Positions 56,002 through 61,221 of a stretch of 61,221 nucleotides of DNA are shown here, piece by piece. This DNA comes from Halocafeteria seosinensis. Lineage: Eukaryota. The stretch covers positions 1 through 61,221 of the forward strand of contig LVLI01000605.1 of assembly GCA_001687465.1 (NCBI GenBank). The letters run 5' to 3'. The translations under genes were made by a program, and so were the position numbers. The notes under the pieces are model-generated. The model did no database searches. It had not been told where the DNA came from and was given only the letters and a program-made list of their open reading frames with translations. Position 1 is the stretch's first letter. The number at the start of each line of letters is the position of its first letter.

Positions 56002-58057
56002 ATGTCATCTACACAAGCTGCGACACGGGATCGAAAGATCCCGCCGACCATAGTGGCTCCTAATAGCATGAAAACAATCACTGAAGGATCTGCGACCATG
56101 CTCTACAACTCGTCTTCGGAGGTATTTTATAACCCCGTACAAATCTTGAATCGTGACCTATCCGTGACGGTACTACGTCTGTGGGACCGATTCCGGCGCC
56201 AGAACGCCACTCCGAAAGAAATCAAGCGAGAATGGGCCAAGCGACTGAAAGCGGAAAGCGGGGACCCTGGTCAAAGTATCCCTCCTGAGGAATTGAATAG
56301 TTACACGGATTTACCCGGTCTCAAGATTTTGGAAGCCTTGTCGGCCTCAGGATTACGCAGTGTTCGCTATGCGAAAGAAGTCCCCAACATTGACGAGATT
56401 CTGGTCAACGATATTGATAAAGCGGCAGTCGACTGCATTGAACGAAACGTCGAATTCAACGGATTGGATGGAAGCAAAGTGAGACCGAATATCGCTGATG
56501 CAAACGACGTCATGTTCGAGCACCGTCACTCGCATAAACAATTCGATGTTGTTGACCTGGATCCTTACGGCACTGCATCTCCTTTCATTGGTATGTTATT
56601 GCGTCCACTGGATGTGCTTGCAAGCACCCCTCAATATGTTGGCACTTCCCTTGTTTGCAGATACCAGTATACAAGCAGTAAAACATAATGGTCTCTTGTG
56701 TGTGACATGCACTGATATGCCGGTGCTTGCTGGAAGCAACATGGATGCAACATTCAGCAGCTACGGCTGCATACTCCCGAAGGGTAGATACTGTCACGAG
56801 TTAGCCCTTCGAGCTGTATTAGGCACCATCGAGACAGCAGCTGCGCGGCATAAACGAACCATAATTCCTTTATTGTCGATTTCGGTTGATTTCTATATCC
56901 GCATGTTTATAATGGTAAAGGATAGCCCAGGCTCCTCGCTACAGTCTGCTCTCAAATTTGGACATTTGTGGCAGTGTAACGCTTGTGATAGTTTCTCTAT
57001 TCAAGGCCTAGGACGATTGCAACCTCAAGTCAAAGGGAAACGAAAACGCGAGAAAGGTAGCAGCAATTCCGATGCAGAAGACGCAAAGAACCATGGCTCG
57101 CCACAAACAACTAAGAATGTGCTGGAGCCGAAAAGTGGACGAGCATATACGAATATGTACTGTAGCACCGTCTCCGCGGATCGCCCTAGTGGCAAGGTCG
57201 TTCCGGGATATGGCCCACCGGGAGATCTTGTAGGCAAGGATAGCGATGGTACATGTAGTCAGTGCTCTGGAAAGCTGCAGATGGGAGGTCCAATATGGTC
57301 AGCACCGATCCACGACCCGGCTTTTGTTCGAGCAGTGCTACAAGAACTGGAGTCTGGTGAAACAGCGCGACTGGCTAAGCCCGGTCTAGCGGCTTCGTGC
57401 TCCTCGGCGAAAATAAATGATCTCGTAATTTCCGAGGGAGTTGTCCATAAGGAAGGTCAAGATGCGGGAAGCAACGACGTTCGCACCGTTGAAACCTCCA
57501 GGAACAGATTAACTGGCATCATCCGAGCAATGGCAATGGAAGCTGCTGACATACCACTGTATTACGATGTAGCTGCCTTAAGTGGAAGGATGCACGTCAC
57601 AAATATCTCGGGGAAGAATTTATATAACGCGTTTATCAATCAAGGGTACAGAGTCACGGGCTCACATGCTCGTAGCACCGCGTTGAAAACGGACGCACCG
57701 CCCAAGGTTGTTTGGGATATTTATCGTGAGCATGAGAAGAGTAACCCAGTAAGTGAAAAGCACAGAAGCAATGAGCAAAGTGTTGCCTTTGGATTGCTTT
57801 CACGGCGTATGGAATGCACGATAGACTTCTCCAAGCCCTCTGAAGAAAAGAAGAGGGAATCGAGAAGACTTTGGGAAACCCCAGGAGCATGGACTTCCCC
57901 TCTTATACATGAAGATGCTTCTGTTCCCTCTCATGAAGAGCTTGTTGGAAACGCAACTGGGAAAGCTCGCTATATAAGTAATCCAGGAGAGTATTGGGGC
58001 CCGAAGTCAAAGGCCACCGGCTATTCCAAATCCAGTCAAGAGGACAACGGCGGCTAA
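56002..58057 (+). CDS. TRM1: tRNA (guanine-26-N2,N2)-dimethyltransferase
   Basis: ITEGSA, VFYNPVQILNRDLS, LEALSASGLRSVRYAKE, FDVVDLDPYG, HELALR, LSISVDFYIR, GGPIW, LKTDAP, NPGEYWGPK. Intron 56591-56660. Confidence 0.95.
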
Positions 58058-58791
58058 TAATCAATGCGAGATGGATGAAAATTGATCGCGGTCTGTAATA
58101 GTCCTGTGTGTATGGATGGAAGAAACCGTAGCGGTGTTGAATCAAGCCGATCAAGAAGACAGCAACGAGGATGGAACTGCCTAGTCCGTGCGAATGCCTA
58201 CGAGACGTAACGATAGTTTTTCTCTTCCATGAGTAGAATTTCCGCTGGGTCGGCATCGCAAATCTGTTACTATGCGTTGCAACTGGCTCCCCAACGGCGT
58301 CAAAGATCGACGTTTTTTCTGCAGCAAGTCTCACACCACATACCATTCACACCAAACTGTGTCGGGAATAACTTCAATTGAGGCTGTTTTGTAGTGTCTT
58401 ATGCATTTCTGTGCCTTGTTAGGGCTACACTATGCACCATGTAGCCGTAGAGCAGAGGTGGTTCGCTGTTGGCGATGCGCTCCCCTGACTCCCCGAATTC
58501 TGGGCGAACACGTGGAAGCTGTCTCGCACTCATTCGAGAGCAAATGCCGGTTAATTCTACAATGATGCATCGGTTTGATGAATAATTAGGAGTACAGTGT
58601 AATTTCATGTGATATCATAACGGTTCCACAGTTTTTAGACTCCCTTGTTCGCTCTCATGTAAGCTGGGAAGACGGATCCGGCACCGTGTGGAAGGTAACA
58701 CATCGTTCAGGTGCTATGCCGGCATCAACTATATCGTTCGATTCGTCTAAACAGTGTCAGCTAGGAAGTAATTTCCCCGGCGCAAAATACG

Positions 58792-61221
58792 ATGCGAACA
58801 TATAAACTCAACATTCGACTAAGGGGTATATTAGCCATAGTTCCGTTACTGGTGCAAGAAATTGGATTCCATGCTCTTGGAGCTAAACGGATATACCTTT
58901 ACGCGGATTCTTTCACCGACAGCAAGCTCGACAATCGAGATAGCTTTAGCGAAATAGCCCATCCGAGTATCGAGGAGAGTGATATAGCTTTCGGTCGGTT
59001 CACCTGGACGATTCTGCGCCCAGAGGAGGCAAATTATATTGAATGGAAGGATAGTCCATATGCTGGGGGCCCGTCATTTGCCTTAGAGGAGGCGGGCGGA
59101 TACATGATTGAGTCTAAGGAAGTTCTTGATGCCAGTAGAGGAAGCATCAGAATCACGGCGTACACTTATACGGACAACCCCTGGGGTGGATTCCACCTTG
59201 GGGTCGCTGGTTTCCGATTTCGGCGCCATACCCCTCATGCGGGGGGTACGAATTATCGCTTTTCCTTTACACCTCCCCAGGGGCATCAGAAAAGCCCAGG
59301 AATCGCCAAAAATGGGTGGTATATGATAAGATTGGATCTAAAACAGAACGGCGACTACAGCGCCCAGCTTCGAGGCAAGGACGGCCGATCCGACGTAGAG
59401 TACTTAATTCAAGGAAACGTCGATCCGTCAAAGCTAAAGGGTGCCATTATCTTCGGCGGCGAGGGATGCAAAGCCGGCGTTCGTGGTTGTGCCGGACAAA
59501 GGTTGGATGGGATCGAAGTGAAAGCGTTGAACGGGTTTTTTTGCGACACGGGCGAGTTTCCTGATGTGAATGAGGGCAGATGCAAGGAATGCCCTAGAGG
59601 ACACATATCCTCCCCTGGAGACGCTCAGTGCACCGCTTGTGGTCCTGCTAGGATTCCGAGAGAGGACCTAAGTTCATGTAAGGATTGCGCTTCTCTGGAA
59701 GTGGCTAATGTAAGTGACACTGCATGCCGCAGTTGTCCAGCCGGGTCTATCCCCGGTGACCCTCGGGCACACTGCATACAGTGCTCTCCTAACAAGATTT
59801 CGAAGCAGGGAAGATGCGATGAATGTGGTTCAGGCCAAGTTCCAAACTCCCTACAGAGTATGTGCGTCCCTTGCCTACCTCATCAACACGCTGCAGTCGA
59901 GGATGCGATGTGTGAGAACTGTCCGAACGGAACAGTACCCTCAGAGTCGCAAGCCGAGTGCTTGGCTTGTCAGGAAAACGAAGTTTCCTCGCTTCAGGAC
60001 TACTTGTGTCTTCTGTGCTCAAATGGAAGCATTCCCGACAGCTATCAAAGCCAGTGCGTTGCATGTGCTGAGTTTGCGGTGGCCGTCTCGGGGGACCTCC
60101 AGTGCAGCGCATGCGGTTCAGGAACCGTCCCCAATATCGATCGATCGGCATGCTTACCTTGCGCGTTGAACAAGGTGGCTTCTAAGAGAAACTCTAACTG
60201 CAACGCTTGCTCGAGTGGGACCGTACCAAATGCTAAGCGCAGCAGTTGTGTTCCCTGTCCACCGGATACATTCGCGCCAGAAGGATCTGTCCAGTGTTCC
60301 GAATGTGTTAATGGGAGCGTCCCAGGTGACAATCAAAGCCATTGCAACGTATGTAAAGAGAATCAAATTGTTTCTTCTGGTGGTACCGAGTGTCGTACTT
60401 GTCCACCGGGGAGCATGCCGAACAAGTATCAGGGTGGTTGCACAACCTGCTTAGAATTCGAGGTCTCAGGCATAGAAGAGGAGCATTGCTACTCATGTCC
60501 GCGTGGAAGTATCCCGAATCATAACCGTAGCTTCTGTGAACTTTGCGAGGCTTTCGAAATAGCTCCTCCTAAAGCGTTGCAATGCAGCATCTGTCCTAAC
60601 GGCTCGGTACCCTCCTCCGAGAAAGACGACTGTACCGAATGCTCTCCGGGTCTTTTCGCTATGCTAAAGGATTCGACCTGTAGGAGTTGTCCGAATGGAA
60701 CGACCCCAAATAATGACCAAAGCGGCTGTGCAGCTTGCCATAAGCATCAGTATGTTCGCTCTCATGGGACCGAATGCCTTCCTTGTGGTGTCGGTAAGAT
60801 CCCTACTATGGAGCAAACAGACTGCGAAGATTGCAAACTCTACAAAGTGTCAGGTAGTACTGACGCCCTCTGTTTCGTATGTCCCAATGGAACGATCCCT
60901 CTTGCTAACCAAAGTCAATGCGAAACGTGTCCCGCATATCGCGTTGCGTCTGAGTGGGATGTGTCATGTCACGTTTGTGGGAATGGCACCGTACCTACCG
61001 AGAACCAAAACTATTGTAAGAAATGCCGTCCCTTCGAGGTTGCTGTTGAAAACGACACTGAATGCAGTTCTTGTGGCGATGGCTTAATCCCGAACCTGGA
61101 TCAAAGCGTGTGTCTGGCCTGTCAAGCACATCAGTACGCTACTAAAGAAGACACAGAGTGCCGTAATTGTCCTAATGGAACGATCCCTACGTCAAATCAA
61201 GAGGATTGTATACCCTGTGGT
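58792..61221 (+). CDS. Secreted or surface protein with a long array of Cys-rich (furin-like / GCC2-GCC3-like) repeats; 3'-partial
   Basis: Missing from the ORF track, presumably because it has no stop in the window. ATG at 58792 follows an in-frame TAG and gives MRTYKLNIRLRGILAIVPLLVQEIGFHALG. A ~250-aa globular region is followed by repeated CxxCPxGxxPNxxQSxCxxC units. The frame was translated codon by codon to ~59880 and at the window end, and only spot-checked between (810 codons in total). Confidence 0.9.
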   Translation, partial: MRTYKLNIRLRGILAIVPLLVQEIGFHALGAKRIYLYADSFTDSKLDNRDSFSEIAHPSIEESDIAFGRFTWTILRPEEANYIEWKDSPYAGGPSFALEEAGGYMIESKEVLDASRGSIRITAYTYTDNPWGGFHLGVAGFRFRRHTPHAGGTNYRFSFTPPQGHQKSPGIAKNGWYMIRLDLKQNGDYSAQLRGKDGRSDVEYLIQGNVDPSKLKGAIIFGGEGCKAGVRGCAGQRLDGIEVKALNGFFCDTGEFPDVNEGRCKECPRGHISSPGDAQCTACGPARIPREDLSSCKDCASLEVANVSDTACRSCPAGSIPGDPRAHCIQCSPNKISKQGRCDECGSGQVPNSLQSMCVPCLPHQHAAVEDAMCENCPNGTVPSESQAECLACQENEVSSLQDYLCLLCSNGSIPDSYQSQCVACAEFAVAVSGDLQCSACGSGTVPNIDRSACLPCALNKVASKRNSNCNACSSGTVPNAKRSSCVPCPPDTFAPEGSVQCSECVNGSVPGDNQSHCNVCKENQIVSSGGTECRTCPPGSMPNKYQGGCTTCLEFEVSGIEEEHCYSCPRGSIPNHNRSFCELCEAFEIAPPKALQCSICPNGSVPSSEKDDCTECSPGLFAMLKDSTCRSCPNGTTPNNDQSGCAACHKHQYVRSHGTECLPCGVGKIPTMEQTDCEDCKLYKVSGSTDALCFVCPNGTIPLANQSQCETCPAYRVASEWDVSCHVCGNGTVPTENQNYCKKCRPFEVAVENDTECSSCGDGLIPNLDQSVCLACQAHQYATKEDTECRNCPNGTIPTSNQEDCIPCG

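Noticed and set aside
57903..58608. Minus-strand ORFs of 147 and 69 aa
   Set aside because: The longer one overlaps the TRM1 3' end, neither has a recognisable domain, and both are likely intergenic.
59083..61087. Several short ORFs listed in the track
   Set aside because: They are alternative-frame or antisense shadows of the long Cys-repeat ORF starting at 58792.

Overview
Gene-dense eukaryotic genomic DNA with about 50% GC, short (~50-80 nt) spliceosomal introns and the standard genetic code. It probably comes from a protist (stramenopile-like), but taxonomy cannot be fixed from this window. Housekeeping genes: a giant TPR protein, an organellar PPR-like protein, farnesyltransferase beta, a sulfotransferase, a full-length ABCB transporter, a PX-AGC kinase, a TFIIIA-like zinc-finger protein, a TBC RabGAP and TRM1. 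Between them is an unusually rich set of secreted or cell-surface proteins. (i) A minus-strand gene at <1-8996, absent from the ORF track as a unit, built from at least 14 tandem three-exon, ~6-Cys modules that I cannot assign to a known family. (ii) A 2417-aa GLUG/Cys-rich multi-pass receptor-like protein. (iii) A tandem paralogue pair in which one copy lost its membrane anchor. (iv) A Cys-repeat protein running off the right end. (v) A frameshifted FG-GAP (integrin-alpha-like) pseudogene. Two otherwise unrelated receptor-like proteins share a cytoplasmic TKKEFGQ motif. A decayed TPR pseudogene and a probable Ty3/gypsy integrase relic are also present. No rRNA, tRNA or CRISPR was recognised. 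All exon boundaries were read by eye.
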